Of a DNA stretch of 64,000 bases, positions 38,225 to 48,524 are shown in pieces. Position 1 is the stretch's first letter. Every line of letters begins with the position of its first letter. The DNA is from Deltaproteobacteria bacterium. Its GTDB lineage: Bacteria; Desulfobacterota; Desulfobulbia; Desulfobulbales; JAJRZW01. The translations under genes were made by a program, and so were the position numbers. The stretch lies in contig JAJRZW010000016.1 in NCBI GenBank assembly GCA_024275015.1, forward strand, positions 76,275 through 140,274, given 5' to 3'. The notes under the pieces are model-generated. The model was not told where the DNA came from and did not search any database. It was given only the letters and a program-made list of their open reading frames with translations.

Positions 38225-41158
38225 CTAACGGTCAACCCCGCTCAGAAAATCACGGGCGTAGGGATCGCCCTTCCGGGCGGCCTGAATGTAATAATTCCTG
38301 GCCCGGCCGGGGTTTGCGCTTCCCCCAAGGCCGACTTCTTCAAAATAACCGAGGAAAAAAAGGGCGTGGGCGCTGCCTTGTTTCGCCGCCTGGCCAAGCC
38401 AGCGACGCGCGGAATTCCGGTTCATGGCAATTCCCCTGCCGGTTACATAGGCGACCCCGAGCCTTAAAGCACTGTTATTATCGCCGGCGGCCGCGGCCCT
38501 GGTGTACCATGTCACTGCCGTAGCCGGATCTTTCCTGACCCCGAGGCCCTCTTCACTGGCAAGGCCAAGGTAATACTGGGCCGCGACATGCCCCTTGGCC
38601 GCCGCTTTTTCATAAAGCGCCAGGGCCTTTTTATTTGAGGCCGCGACCCCGTTGCCGGTAGCATAGGCCCGGGCCAGGCGATACTGGGCCTCAACCTCAC
38701 CCTGGGCCGCTGCCAGCCTGAACCACTTGACCGCCTCGGCATGATTCTCCTTGACGTTGCGACCAAGATCATACATCAGCCCCAGACGATACTGGGCGCC
38801 CGGATGGCCCTTGCTTGCCGCCTGATGAAACCATTTCATCGCCCGGGCCGCGCTTTTGGGAACGCCCCGGCCCTCATAAAAGGCCTCGCCGAGAGAATAG
38901 GCGGCAACAACCACGCCCTTGGCAAATGCCTTGTTAAACAAGGCCACCGCGGCGGCCGGGGCCTTCGCCACCCCGTTTCCATCCATGAGCATCAGGGCGT
39001 ATTTATACTGGGCCATGGCACTGCCGCCATCAGCGGCCCGCTTGAACCATTTGGCGGCCCGGCGGGGTTTTTTGGGCAGACCGTTGCCGGTAAGATACAT
39101 ATTGGCGACATTATACTGCGCCTTTACGTTGCCCCGCTGGGCCGCGTTCAGAAACCATCCGGCCGCCTTTCTCCGATTTACGCCCACCCCCCGGCCCTCG
39201 CTGTAGATAACCGCGAGTTCATACATAACCTGGGAGACCCCTCTGACCCCGGCGGCCTCAAGCCATTTAACCGCGGTGGCCATATTCTTTTTCACCCCAA
39301 TCCCGTCGCGATAGCTTATCCCGAGACGATACATGGCCATGGGATGCCCCTGGGCGGCGGCGCGGCCATACCATTCCGCCGCGTCAACCGGCGACGCCTT
39401 CACCCCCATGCCCTTCTCATATCCCTCGGCAAGGCGATACTGTGATTCCGGATCTCCCTGTTCCGCCGCCTTACGATACCAGCGCATGGCGTCATGCATA
39501 CTCTTTCTTATGCCTTTCCCCTGGGAGTAAAGGCGGGCAAGTTGGAACTGGGCCCCGACCTTACCCTGAGCCGCCGCCTTTTTCAGCCACCTCACCGCCC
39601 GGGTAAAGTTCTTTTCCACCCCCTTGCCGCCTTTCAGGTAAAGGATGGCAAGACTGTACTGGGCCTTGAGGTTTCCCTCCTCGGCGGCCTTCTTTGCCCA
39701 GCGCAGGGAATCGGCGTCAAGTTCCCCCTGGCTTGCGGCGACGAATTTTTTCTCAAGCTTCGCCTTGGCCCGGGCATAGCCCTGGGCCGCGGCCTTGCCC
39801 CACCACTCGGCGGCGGCGGCGTCATCCTGTTTTACCCCGTCGCCAAAGGCATAACTGAGGCCCAGGAGATACTGGGCCTCAGGGTCCCCTTTCCTGGCCG
39901 CGGTCGTAAACCACTTTATCGCCTGTTTACTGTCTTTCCCGACTCCGCGACCTTCGCTGTACATACTCCCGAGACGGACCATGGCCCCGATATTACCTCC
40001 CGCGGCCGCCAGGGTGTACAGGCGTATGGCCTCGGAAGGATTTTCCTTAACCCGGTCATTGCCGTTCTCAAGCCTCGCCGCCATGGCGGCAAGATACTCC
40101 GGCCCCGCCACCGCCGGGGTCTGCCAGACGGTTAGGGAGCCGTCCATGCCACCGGCGGCAATCATCTTGTTATCAGGGCTCAGGGCAATCCGATTCAACT
40201 CGACCTTGGGAAGGTCATGGTAATCAATAAGCTTGAAGGTATCGGCCCGCCATAACAGGGCGACTCCCTTCTGACCGGCAACGGCAACATACTTTCCGTC
40301 GGCGCTGTAGGCCATATCCATGACATCACCCCACCACCATTTCCGCGAGGACATCTCCTGTTTACCGCTGGCGGCGTCCCACAGGATCAAACTGCCGTCA
40401 CGACCACCGGAAAGAATTTTTTTGCCGTCCGGGGACCAGGCCACCGCGTTAACCCAATCGGAATGTCCCTTAAGGGAGAGTTCCGCCTTTTCCCGGTCAA
40501 GATCAAACACCTGAGCCAGGTTACTCCAGCTCTCTCCGGCAACGACCCTGTCCCCATCAGGAGAAAAGGCCAGGTCAAGAATATCGTTCTTCCTGACATC
40601 AACCTCTGCGATCTGCCGACCGCCGCGGACACGCCAGAGACGGACGCTATCATCTTCACTGCCGGAAACTATAGTCTTACCGTCAGGGGAAAAGGCCAGG
40701 GCCGTAATCCGGCGTTTATGGCCGCGCATGGTCTCTTCGACCTTGCCCTTGTCGACGTTCCACAGGTCAATAACAAATTCCCGTCCCCTGGCGCGGACGC
40801 CACAGGCGAGAAAGCCCCCCCGCGATGACCAGGCAAGGGAATTAACGCTTTCATATTCTCCAAGGCTCTTGACCTTGGCGCCGTCGCTACTCTTCCAGAT
40901 ATTAATATGACCGTCTTCACCGGCGGTGGCGATAAGTGATGAATCAGGAGAAAAGACGAGCCCGACCACCACCCCTTTCTGCGCCCCGATCCGGAACAGG
41001 CGGGAAACATCCGTGGAATCAGCGGCTGCCGCCGGAATGCTGAAAGTAAAGAAAAAAACCGTAGCCACCAGGGCCATAGTTACCGCAGGATACGCTCGGA
41101 ATACCGAAAAAAAACGCCGCATTCGCATCTTTGCATTTCTCCCGATTTCATTTATCAT
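38225..41158 (-). CDS. secreted WD40 plus Sel1-repeat protein
   Basis: Signal peptide; about 7 WD40 (GH...FSPDG...WD) then about 16-17 Sel1 repeats (AQY.LG.Y..G.GV); start may be later. Confidence 0.9.
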   Translation of the reverse strand: MINEIGRNAKMRMRRFFSVFRAYPAVTMALVATVFFFTFSIPAAAADSTDVSRLFRIGAQKGVVVGLVFSPDSSLIATAGEDGHINIWKSSDGAKVKSLGEYESVNSLAWSSRGGFLACGVRARGREFVIDLWNVDKGKVEETMRGHKRRITALAFSPDGKTIVSGSEDDSVRLWRVRGGRQIAEVDVRKNDILDLAFSPDGDRVVAGESWSNLAQVFDLDREKAELSLKGHSDWVNAVAWSPDGKKILSGGRDGSLILWDAASGKQEMSSRKWWWGDVMDMAYSADGKYVAVAGQKGVALLWRADTFKLIDYHDLPKVELNRIALSPDNKMIAAGGMDGSLTVWQTPAVAGPEYLAAMAARLENGNDRVKENPSEAIRLYTLAAAGGNIGAMVRLGSMYSEGRGVGKDSKQAIKWFTTAARKGDPEAQYLLGLSYAFGDGVKQDDAAAAEWWGKAAAQGYARAKAKLEKKFVAASQGELDADSLRWAKKAAEEGNLKAQYSLAILYLKGGKGVEKNFTRAVRWLKKAAAQGKVGAQFQLARLYSQGKGIRKSMHDAMRWYRKAAEQGDPESQYRLAEGYEKGMGVKASPVDAAEWYGRAAAQGHPMAMYRLGISYRDGIGVKKNMATAVKWLEAAGVRGVSQVMYELAVIYSEGRGVGVNRRKAAGWFLNAAQRGNVKAQYNVANMYLTGNGLPKKPRRAAKWFKRAADGGSAMAQYKYALMLMDGNGVAKAPAAAVALFNKAFAKGVVVAAYSLGEAFYEGRGVPKSAARAMKWFHQAASKGHPGAQYRLGLMYDLGRNVKENHAEAVKWFRLAAAQGEVEAQYRLARAYATGNGVAASNKKALALYEKAAAKGHVAAQYYLGLASEEGLGVRKDPATAVTWYTRAAAAGDNNSALRLGVAYVTGRGIAMNRNSARRWLGQAAKQGSAHALFFLGYFEEVGLGGSANPGRARNYYIQAARKGDPYARDFLSGVDR

Positions 41159-41254
41159 AAACTGTAAAAAAAACCATCCTGGCTTTTAAAACTGCCGCAT
41201 GGATAAAACAAGTCTCATCCATGCGCCGCGACCAGTCCGTTTTTCAACGGACTG
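41158..41254. mobile_element. MITE family A, degenerate copy
   Basis: CCTGGCTTTT...GGATAAAACAAG...CAGTCCGTTTTTCAACGGACTG. Confidence 0.75.
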
Positions 41255-41473
41255 GTAGACTTTCCGACAGATTCAACCAACCCGTAACCCTACAACCACA
41301 ATTACCGTTTATTACGAAATAAATAAATACTTTATAAAACAAAATCAATCATATACAAAATCAACCGTAATAACAATCCCGGCACTCGACCATGATCCAT
41401 GGTCAAGTAAAACGACCTTGCCTGGTGATACAAGGGGTTCGCTCACAGATATACAATTATCTGAACCCCTTAG

Positions 41474-41622
41474 CAGCCCGTTGAAAAACGGGCTGGTAGC
41501 GGCTGATGTCCGCGCCGCCGATTTCACCGGTTTGAAAAAACCGGTGAAATCGAGAGGTTGGATGAAACTTGTTTTATCCAACCGGCGGTTGTAAAAGGCA
41601 GGACGGCTTTTTCAACACTCTG
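41474..41622. mobile_element. MITE family A, long copy
   Basis: TIRs with TTAG direct repeats. Confidence 0.92.
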
Positions 41623-41823
41623 TTAGAGGTTTTTATCTCATTCGCCATTCATGCGGTGGATTTTAGTTGGCAGAGCGCATGACAAATCCCCTCTGTCCAC
41701 TTTTAAATCACCAGGTTTCCTGCTATAAAGGATATCGTACCGTTAACAACGGTAATCGGTAGACGCATACCGCCCTGTCGGAATGCGTTCCGTACCGCGG
41801 GCGCACAAAAAACAAGGAGGAAA

Positions 41824-42753
41824 ATGATGAGAAGGAACCTTATTATTCTAATGACCATGGCAATCTGCGCGGCCTTTTTCATGCCGACGCCGGCAAACGC
41901 CGCCAAAAAAAGGCTGCGATACTCGATAACCGTAAGCAAATTTGAAAATCGCTCAAACTGGCACGGCCAGTGGGACCTGGGCGATGCCTGGGGCGCGGTC
42001 CTGACCGACAGCCTGCAGCAGACCGGCAAATTCATCGTTCTCGGGGAAAGCGATATGCGCAATGCGGCGATGAAAGAGCAGGATTTCGCCATGAGCGGCC
42101 GCGCCGCCGGGGGGGGGAGAAAAGTCGCCACCGGACAGATGACCCCGGGACAGCTCCTGGTAAAGGGCGAAATCGTCCACTTTTCCCAGGCCACCTCGGG
42201 CGGTGGCGGCGGATTGAGCTTCAAAGGGTTCCGCCTTGGCGCCAAGGGCAGCACCGCCGAGATAGACGTGGTCATGTATATCATCGACTCCACCACCGGC
42301 CAGGTGGTCGCGTCCAAACGGATCAGCGGCAAGATCAAAAAACGGGGCCTCTCGCTTGGCTACAGCCATAACGGCTTTGGCGGCGATATCGGCGGGTTCA
42401 AAAAGACCAGCGCCGGAAAGGCGATGGAAAAGGCGGTGGACAAGGGGGTAAAATTTCTGGTAGCCAAACTCGAAGAAATCCCCTGGACCGGTTCGGTTAT
42501 CCTCAGCAAGGGGAGCAAGGTCTATATCAACCGGGGCGAACGCGAAGGCGTGAGCGTCGGCGACAAATTCGAGGTCGGGGAGTCCACGGTCCTGCGTGAT
42601 CCCGATACCGGCGAAGTTCTGGATGAGAGCATTGAGAAAATGGGGGTGGTCGAGGTTGTCAAGGCCAAGAAAAAACTCTCAATATGCAAGGTGGTTTCCG
42701 GCGGCGGCATCACCAAGGGAATGACGGTAAAACCGGTGGGGGGAAACAGTTGA
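41824..42753 (+). CDS. CsgG/HfaB-family protein with FlgT-like C-terminus
   Basis: Signal peptide; TVSKFEN, LVKGEIVHF, IIDSTTGQVV; YINRG..GV.VGD.F. Confidence 0.8.
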   Translation: MMRRNLIILMTMAICAAFFMPTPANAAKKRLRYSITVSKFENRSNWHGQWDLGDAWGAVLTDSLQQTGKFIVLGESDMRNAAMKEQDFAMSGRAAGGGRKVATGQMTPGQLLVKGEIVHFSQATSGGGGGLSFKGFRLGAKGSTAEIDVVMYIIDSTTGQVVASKRISGKIKKRGLSLGYSHNGFGGDIGGFKKTSAGKAMEKAVDKGVKFLVAKLEEIPWTGSVILSKGSKVYINRGEREGVSVGDKFEVGESTVLRDPDTGEVLDESIEKMGVVEVVKAKKKLSICKVVSGGGITKGMTVKPVGGNS

Positions 42754-43892
42754 AACCATGGGAGAAAATCGCGGGACTGACCGCATTGATACTGTGCCTC
42801 ACCGCTTTTGTCGCCCTCCTTTCTCCACCGCCGGTCACGGCGGCGGAGAGCAAGGAGATAATCGCCACCGGCATGGGCAGCGGCAACAAGGCCAGGGCCC
42901 GGGACGAAGCGATCAACGACGCTCTCAGACAGGCGGTGAAACAGGGGGTCGGCACCTATATCACCAGCACCACCACGGTGGCGCAGATGATGCTGGTGGA
43001 AGACCGGATCTATTCCGAAAGCCGCGGCTTTGTCGAAAATTATAAGATATTAAGTGAAGGAGAGAAGGACGACGCCTACGCGGTCAAGATAAAGGCCACG
43101 GTCAGCATAGGCAAACTCAAGAACGAGCTTGCGGCCATTGGCATAATCCTCAAAAAGAAACAGAACCCCCGGGTCATGGTGGTGGTCAGAAGTCATGAGG
43201 ACAAGGGCAATTTCTTCGGTATTGAACAGGAAGGTAACCACAGTGCCGAAAACCTGCTCGAATCAATGCTGATGGCCAAGGGTTTCCGCCTGGTCGACGC
43301 CGGCCAGACCGGCCGCAAGCACAGACTCGCGACCATCCTCATAGGCAGCGATCCGGGACTGGCGGCAAAAATGGCCAAGGATTTCGGGGCCGAGATATTG
43401 ATCGATGTCGAGGTCAAGCGCCAATTTACCGGCAACCGTGATATCCTCGGCCGCTCCATGCCCTTTTTCACCAACGACATCCGGATCAAGGCCATTGAAA
43501 CCGATTCCGCCCGGATTCTTTACTCCGGGTTCAAAAACAGCCCGCCATCCGGGGCGAACGCCATCGACCGGATCGAAAGCAACACCAGAAAACTGGGACG
43601 GGAGATGATGGACGCGGTCCTGAACCAGTGGAAAAAAGATGTCTATCAGGCCGCGACCTTTCAGATTGAGGTCAAGAACGCCGGATTCACCCAGCTCAAC
43701 AAACTGCTGGAGGCGATCAAAGACATCCGGGGCATGGGTCCGGTACAGACCCGGAGCTTTGCCGCCAGGCACGCCGACCTTGAGGTCAGCTTTCAGGGCA
43801 ACGTCAACGAACTTGCCACCCGCCTGAGCGCCATAAAAGAAATAGAAATCACCGGACTTACCGGCTCAACGGTGACGGTCAAGATGAAATAA
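42750..43892 (+). CDS. exported protein with FlgT N-terminal-like domain
   Basis: TTG start overlapping upstream stop; ARDEAINDALRQAV. Confidence 0.7.
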   Translation: MKPWEKIAGLTALILCLTAFVALLSPPPVTAAESKEIIATGMGSGNKARARDEAINDALRQAVKQGVGTYITSTTTVAQMMLVEDRIYSESRGFVENYKILSEGEKDDAYAVKIKATVSIGKLKNELAAIGIILKKKQNPRVMVVVRSHEDKGNFFGIEQEGNHSAENLLESMLMAKGFRLVDAGQTGRKHRLATILIGSDPGLAAKMAKDFGAEILIDVEVKRQFTGNRDILGRSMPFFTNDIRIKAIETDSARILYSGFKNSPPSGANAIDRIESNTRKLGREMMDAVLNQWKKDVYQAATFQIEVKNAGFTQLNKLLEAIKDIRGMGPVQTRSFAARHADLEVSFQGNVNELATRLSAIKEIEITGLTGSTVTVKMK

Positions 43893-43893
43893 A

Positions 43894-43979
43894 CGTAAGC
43901 GCCCCATGAACACCACCCTGCACGCGCTTTAACCATCAGTGGTTAAAGCGCGCACATGGCGGCGTCCCTGAGACACTTA
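43894..43979. repeat. palindromic repeat family D
   Basis: CGTAAGCG..CCATG end and inner stem CGCGCTTTAACCA/TGGTTAAAGCGCG; homologue inverted at 60950-61052. Confidence 0.65.
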
Positions 43980-44086
43980 ACAGAGTGCGATTATTTTTGC
44001 ATTTAGGTGTGGTTACCGGCAAACACAGAACAGAAAAAAAAGGCGCGGGCAACTCCTCCGCGTCCTTTTTTTATTTTTTCCCTCAA

Positions 44087-44190
44087 TCCGTGAGCGTTCG
44101 AGAACAGGACCGGATGCAAATAGGCATAGAACGAGTTGCGACGGCCTGTTATCGGACGCCCCGGGATGATGCCGGATGAATTCTGCCGCC
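44087..44190. repeat. MITE C fragment
   Basis: TCCGTGAGCGTTCG... matches the right end of 15270-15483. Confidence 0.6.
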
Positions 44191-44278
44191 CAAACGCCAA
44201 CACGGCCAAAGATACCCTGGTTCAGCCAGAGGAGCCATCAAGAAGCTCAAAACCACCACGGACCCGGAACACCCCGCC

Positions 44279-44854
44279 TCAGCCTTGGGCTCGGCGGATG
44301 ATCTCGTCGACAATGATCCGGGTACAGTCAGGGAATCTGGCCCGCACCACCGCCTCAACCACGGTGGATGAACCATTGGCGGTATTGACGATCTCGAGAC
44401 GATAACCGACCCGTTGCAGGAGCCCCCGGGTGGGAGCGACAAAGGTGGAACGCTCGGTGATCTCGCCAAAAAGAATAAAATCAGGCACGGCATTGAGCCC
44501 CAGCTTATCTTTAAGCGCCGCCCCCCGCAGGGAACGCAGGGAATTTTTCACCTCCTCCGCATCCTGATTCCTGTCACCGACATACAACTCCGGCTCCCAA
44601 AAACCGTTACGCTTGAAGTCCCGATAAAAGAAGACGGCGTCATCGCCCCGGGCGATATAGTAGGCCCCCTCCCCGGTGGCAAATGGTCCTACCACCATAA
44701 GTTTTTTCCCTCTTTCAAGGGATGAAAGCGACCCGGAGACCACCTGAAAATTCTTGATCCCGTCGCCGAGACGGGTCATCTGGCCGATTATAGGGCCGCA
44801 GGAAACCATGACCAGAAGCAAGGGGACGAGAAAAAGAAGATGTATTTTTTTCAT
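44279..44854 (-). CDS. hypothetical lipoprotein
   Basis: Lipobox MVSC, RBS GGAGG. Confidence 0.75.
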   Translation of the reverse strand: MKKIHLLFLVPLLLVMVSCGPIIGQMTRLGDGIKNFQVVSGSLSSLERGKKLMVVGPFATGEGAYYIARGDDAVFFYRDFKRNGFWEPELYVGDRNQDAEEVKNSLRSLRGAALKDKLGLNAVPDFILFGEITERSTFVAPTRGLLQRVGYRLEIVNTANGSSTVVEAVVRARFPDCTRIIVDEIIRRAQG

Positions 44855-44905
44855 CTTTATGAAACCTCCATGAAAACAAATAATTTTTAGTCGTAACGGC
44901 TATTC

Positions 44906-45121
44906 TCAACGGCCAAGCTCAAGACGATGACATTTCAGGCAGTTACCCCGGTCAGGCCTGTGAGGCATATCGTCACGATGACAATCGAGACAATCGGCAA
45001 TGGTTTTGGCATTACGATGCTCGTCGGTAGCGCGCCGATGGGGTGCGGTCATGGGTCGCCGCACGGCACAACCGGCCGCTAAGACCAAGGCAAAAAACAA
45101 TAAGAACAAAATTCTTTTCAT
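44906..45121 (-). CDS. small diheme cytochrome c lipoprotein
   Basis: Lipobox AAGC; CLDCH and CLKCH; extra His residues. Confidence 0.8.
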   Translation of the reverse strand: MKRILFLLFFALVLAAGCAVRRPMTAPHRRATDEHRNAKTIADCLDCHRDDMPHRPDRGNCLKCHRLELGR

Positions 45122-45275
45122 CCATTTCACCTCATAGCTCATTTGACTATTCATGCATGCCCGATTCCATCCAAACAGATAACAATTCCTAAATGCTGAG
45201 ATTAAACCCGGAGCAGTGAATAGTCAAGCAGCATGGGGATCCTGAGACCCTTGTATACTGTGACGTTATTCTGAC

Positions 45276-45329
45276 TCCGTGAGCGTTCGGAAACGGGCCG
45301 TATGCGATAAGGCACGCAACCGTCACGGA
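45276..45329. repeat. MITE C mini copy
   Basis: TCCGTGA...TCACGGA TIRs. Confidence 0.65.
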
Positions 45330-45368
45330 ATGATAGCACGGACCGGGGGGATTGAGCGCTATCAATGA

Positions 45369-45647
45369 TCAGGGGTTTTCCTTGAAGGGCAAACTCGGTA
45401 GAGCGCCAAGACGTTTCACAAAGCGTTGATGGTCATAGCCACCTTCCCGACCGATGGCCTGAAAAAACTCCACCCCGACCACGTAACCGATAAGACGCAG
45501 GGCCTCATCCCGTGGAAGCCCCCGGGCGAGGAGACGATCAAGGGTTTTCCTGGTCTCCGGCGGATCAAGACCTTCCACCTGGGCCAGAACCACCTGCTCT
45601 ATCGCCCGCCGCATCCGGGCCAGTTGCTTCTCCGCCATCTCCACCAT
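45369..45647 (-). CDS. small hypothetical protein
   Basis: RBS GGGG; DPPET..TL.RL...G, L.ALP. Confidence 0.65.
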   Translation of the reverse strand: MVEMAEKQLARMRRAIEQVVLAQVEGLDPPETRKTLDRLLARGLPRDEALRLIGYVVGVEFFQAIGREGGYDHQRFVKRLGALPSLPFKENP

Positions 45648-45761
45648 CGGTTTCCCCCTGGTTTTTTGAAAAAGCTCAAGTTGTTTTTATAAATTCGTTC
45701 AGGTATCATCATCCTTGAAACATAACCGGGAACGTAAGCATCCGAATAGAAGATGATTCTT

Positions 45762-45854
45762 GCCCAAAACCAAGGACTGCGCAAAATGAAAAAACGCGGC
45801 ATATCGAGAGTATGTGAGCATTTTTCATCTTGCTCACAACGCCGGACATTGGCC
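45762..45854. repeat. palindromic intergenic element (single copy here)
   Basis: GCAAAATGAAAAA...TTTTTCATCTTGC stem with inner CATA/TATG hairpin. Confidence 0.55.
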
Positions 45855-45912
45855 GTTCCCGCCACGACGCCATAATAATTACAATAAAAAAAACTTCAAC
45901 CGGAGGAAGACG

Positions 45913-46329
45913 ATGAACAGAAAGATAACCACCCTGCTTTTGGCACTGATTACCGCCACCGCCCTTGTCTGGCCCGGCGCGGCCATGGCCGGGGACGATG
46001 ACGCCGCCTCGATGACCATTGCCAGGTTCCAGACCTGCCAGGACGTCATGGATCACGAACCCCTCGGGGTTTCCGAGGTCTTCCCGGCCGACAGCGACCG
46101 GGTATTCGCATTTCTGGAGGCCCGCGACATATCCGCCGATGTCACTGTCAGCTTCGTCTGGATCTATCAGGGAGAAGAGCTTGCCAGGGTACCCCTGAAC
46201 CTGCGGCAGGGATCAAGGTGGCGGACCTATTCAAGCAAGAAAATCGTCGGCCGCGCCGGTAATTGGCGGGTGGAACTACGGGACAACGGTGACAACGTCC
46301 TTACCGGCGTCGACTTTGTTGTTGAATAA
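45913..46329 (+). CDS. DUF2914-like exported protein
   Basis: Signal peptide; SRWRTYSSK, GNWRVE; RBS GGAGG. Confidence 0.8.
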   Translation: MNRKITTLLLALITATALVWPGAAMAGDDDAASMTIARFQTCQDVMDHEPLGVSEVFPADSDRVFAFLEARDISADVTVSFVWIYQGEELARVPLNLRQGSRWRTYSSKKIVGRAGNWRVELRDNGDNVLTGVDFVVE

Positions 46330-46389
46330 ACCCTGCCCCCCCGGAAGCGGATCCCCGGTAAACAAAACTGCCGGAAGGTGACACGAAAA

Positions 46390-48282
46390 TCACTTCCCGG
46401 CCATTTTGTTTACCGGTTCCAACGCCGCCGCGACCGCATCACCCAGGTCATGGATGGCAAGGGGCTTCATCAGCAACTTCCTGATCCCGGCCTTGGCCAC
46501 TATCTCATCGGTCAGGACCTCGCTGAAGCCGGTACAGATAAGCGCCGGCATCTCCGGCCTGATTTCCAGGATCCTGCGGCAGAGCTCAAGCCCGGTCATA
46601 TTGGGCATGGTCTGGTCGGTCAACAGCAGGTCAAAATCCGCCGACCGGGAACGAAAAAGCTCCAGGGCCTCGACACTGCTGGTTCTCACAGTGACCTCAT
46701 AGCCAAGATAGTCGAGCATCCGTTTCCCCATCTGCGCCAGGCTGTCCTCATCATCAACCAGCAGGACGCGGCCACCCCCCCGGGCCGGCATGGTCGCCAC
46801 CTTTTCCACCGCTTCCGCCTCACCCGGCTGATCGATCCGGGGGAAATACACCTTTACCGTGGTCCCGGCCCCGGGGGCCGACTCCACCACCACCCCGCCG
46901 CCATAGGTGTTGATTATCCCATGGACCACCGACAACCCCATGCCGGTGCCTTCGCCCTTGCTCTTGGTGGTATAAAAGGGTTCAAAGGCACGCTCAAGGA
47001 CATACTCATCCATGCCGATACCGTTATCGGCCACCGTTAATACCAGATAACGGCCGATCGCAATGGTATCAATAATACCAACCAGTGGTTCCTCAATAGT
47101 CTCGGCACTGACGGCAACAATCAGCCGGGGATCACGATGATCACGCATGGCGTGATAGGCATTGGTACACAGGTTCATCAACACCTGGTGAATCTGGGTG
47201 GGATCGGCCATGATCCGGCCGTTTTCACAACTTATATCCTGGGTGATCGTTATGGTCGACGGCAGGGTGGCGCGCAACAGCTTGAGGGTCTCCTTAATCA
47301 CCGGCACCAAAATCAGGGGCTTTCTCACCGACTCCCCCTGACGACTGAAAGAGAGGATCTGGGCGACCAGATCCTTGGCCCGGAGACCGGCGGTACGAAT
47401 CTCCTCAAGATTCTCCCGCATGGGACCGTCCCCGACCTCAAGCATGGCGAGATCGGCATAGCCGAGGATGGCCCCGAGGATATTATTAAAATCATGGGCG
47501 ATTCCACCGGCCAGGGTGCCGATGGCCTCCATCTTCTGGGCCTGGCGCAGCTGTGATTCAAGGCTCTTCTGGGCGGTGATGTCACGGGCGACATGAATGA
47601 TCCCGGCAAACTCGCCGGAACCCTTGAAAATCGGAAAAGAAGAAACCAAGTAACGCCGGCGGAGATTGGCGTGTTCGATCTCACCAAAATGAGGGGCGTG
47701 GGTGCGGATAGTCTTGATCTCCGGACACATGGGACAGGGGGTGTCAAGACCGCGGAAGATCTCAAAACAATGGCGGCCAACGATATCTTCATGGCTCAGG
47801 CCCAGCTGCTCGCAGGCGGCACGGTTACAACGCAGGATCCGCATGTCCTCATCCTGGATGGTAATGATATCGCTGATGGCGTTAAAGGTCATCTCCCACT
47901 GGTTCTCACCGTCAACATCAACCGCGTTAACCAGACCGAGATCAACCCCGACCCCGAGGACGCCGTTAAGACTTCCGTGCGCATCGGCCAGTGGCAGGTG
48001 TTGCCACAGTATCCGTCCCCGCCCCCCGCTTTCGGTCACCAACGGCCGACGAACAAGCCCGGCGGCCGATTCCGGCCAGGGGCCACCGTCAACGATCCTC
48101 CATTCCGGACGCCCGCGCCAGTCGGGATCCGCCTGCAACTCCGTGACCGTAACAGAAAAAAAATCAGCAAAGAGATCATTGGCGCCAAGAAAACAATCAT
48201 CGGAATCAACGACATAAAGGTAAGAACTGGAGCCGATGAAGGCGCTCAGGTAGCCGGTGATGTCAGAAAAAACGGTATGCAT
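46390..48282 (-). CDS. hybrid PAS histidine kinase / receiver
   Basis: [27 protein letters not shown]; start uncertain. Confidence 0.92.
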   Translation of the reverse strand: MHTVFSDITGYLSAFIGSSSYLYVVDSDDCFLGANDLFADFFSVTVTELQADPDWRGRPEWRIVDGGPWPESAAGLVRRPLVTESGGRGRILWQHLPLADAHGSLNGVLGVGVDLGLVNAVDVDGENQWEMTFNAISDIITIQDEDMRILRCNRAACEQLGLSHEDIVGRHCFEIFRGLDTPCPMCPEIKTIRTHAPHFGEIEHANLRRRYLVSSFPIFKGSGEFAGIIHVARDITAQKSLESQLRQAQKMEAIGTLAGGIAHDFNNILGAILGYADLAMLEVGDGPMRENLEEIRTAGLRAKDLVAQILSFSRQGESVRKPLILVPVIKETLKLLRATLPSTITITQDISCENGRIMADPTQIHQVLMNLCTNAYHAMRDHRDPRLIVAVSAETIEEPLVGIIDTIAIGRYLVLTVADNGIGMDEYVLERAFEPFYTTKSKGEGTGMGLSVVHGIINTYGGGVVVESAPGAGTTVKVYFPRIDQPGEAEAVEKVATMPARGGGRVLLVDDEDSLAQMGKRMLDYLGYEVTVRTSSVEALELFRSRSADFDLLLTDQTMPNMTGLELCRRILEIRPEMPALICTGFSEVLTDEIVAKAGIRKLLMKPLAIHDLGDAVAAALEPVNKMAGK

Positions 48283-48423
48283 AGCAGGATGACGTATTCT
48301 ATTAAAGATAATAAGATCCAGAGTAACCCCAGCCCCCCCCGGTGCCGGACTCATCATTAAAAAAAACATGGCCGCAGGTCAAAAAATAAAGATGTTCCCG
48401 GTATCGCAATAGATTCCGGTCTA

Positions 48424-48506
48424 CCTCTCGATTTCACTGGGTTTTTCAATCCGGTGAAATCGGCGGCGCGTCCGTGCGCGCGACCAGCCCGTTTTTCAAC
48501 GGGCTG
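48424..48506. mobile_element. MITE family A, partial
   Basis: Ends CAGCCCGTTTTTCAACGGGCTG. Confidence 0.8.
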
Positions 48507-48524
48507 CTACGCCCCTTGTGGGGG

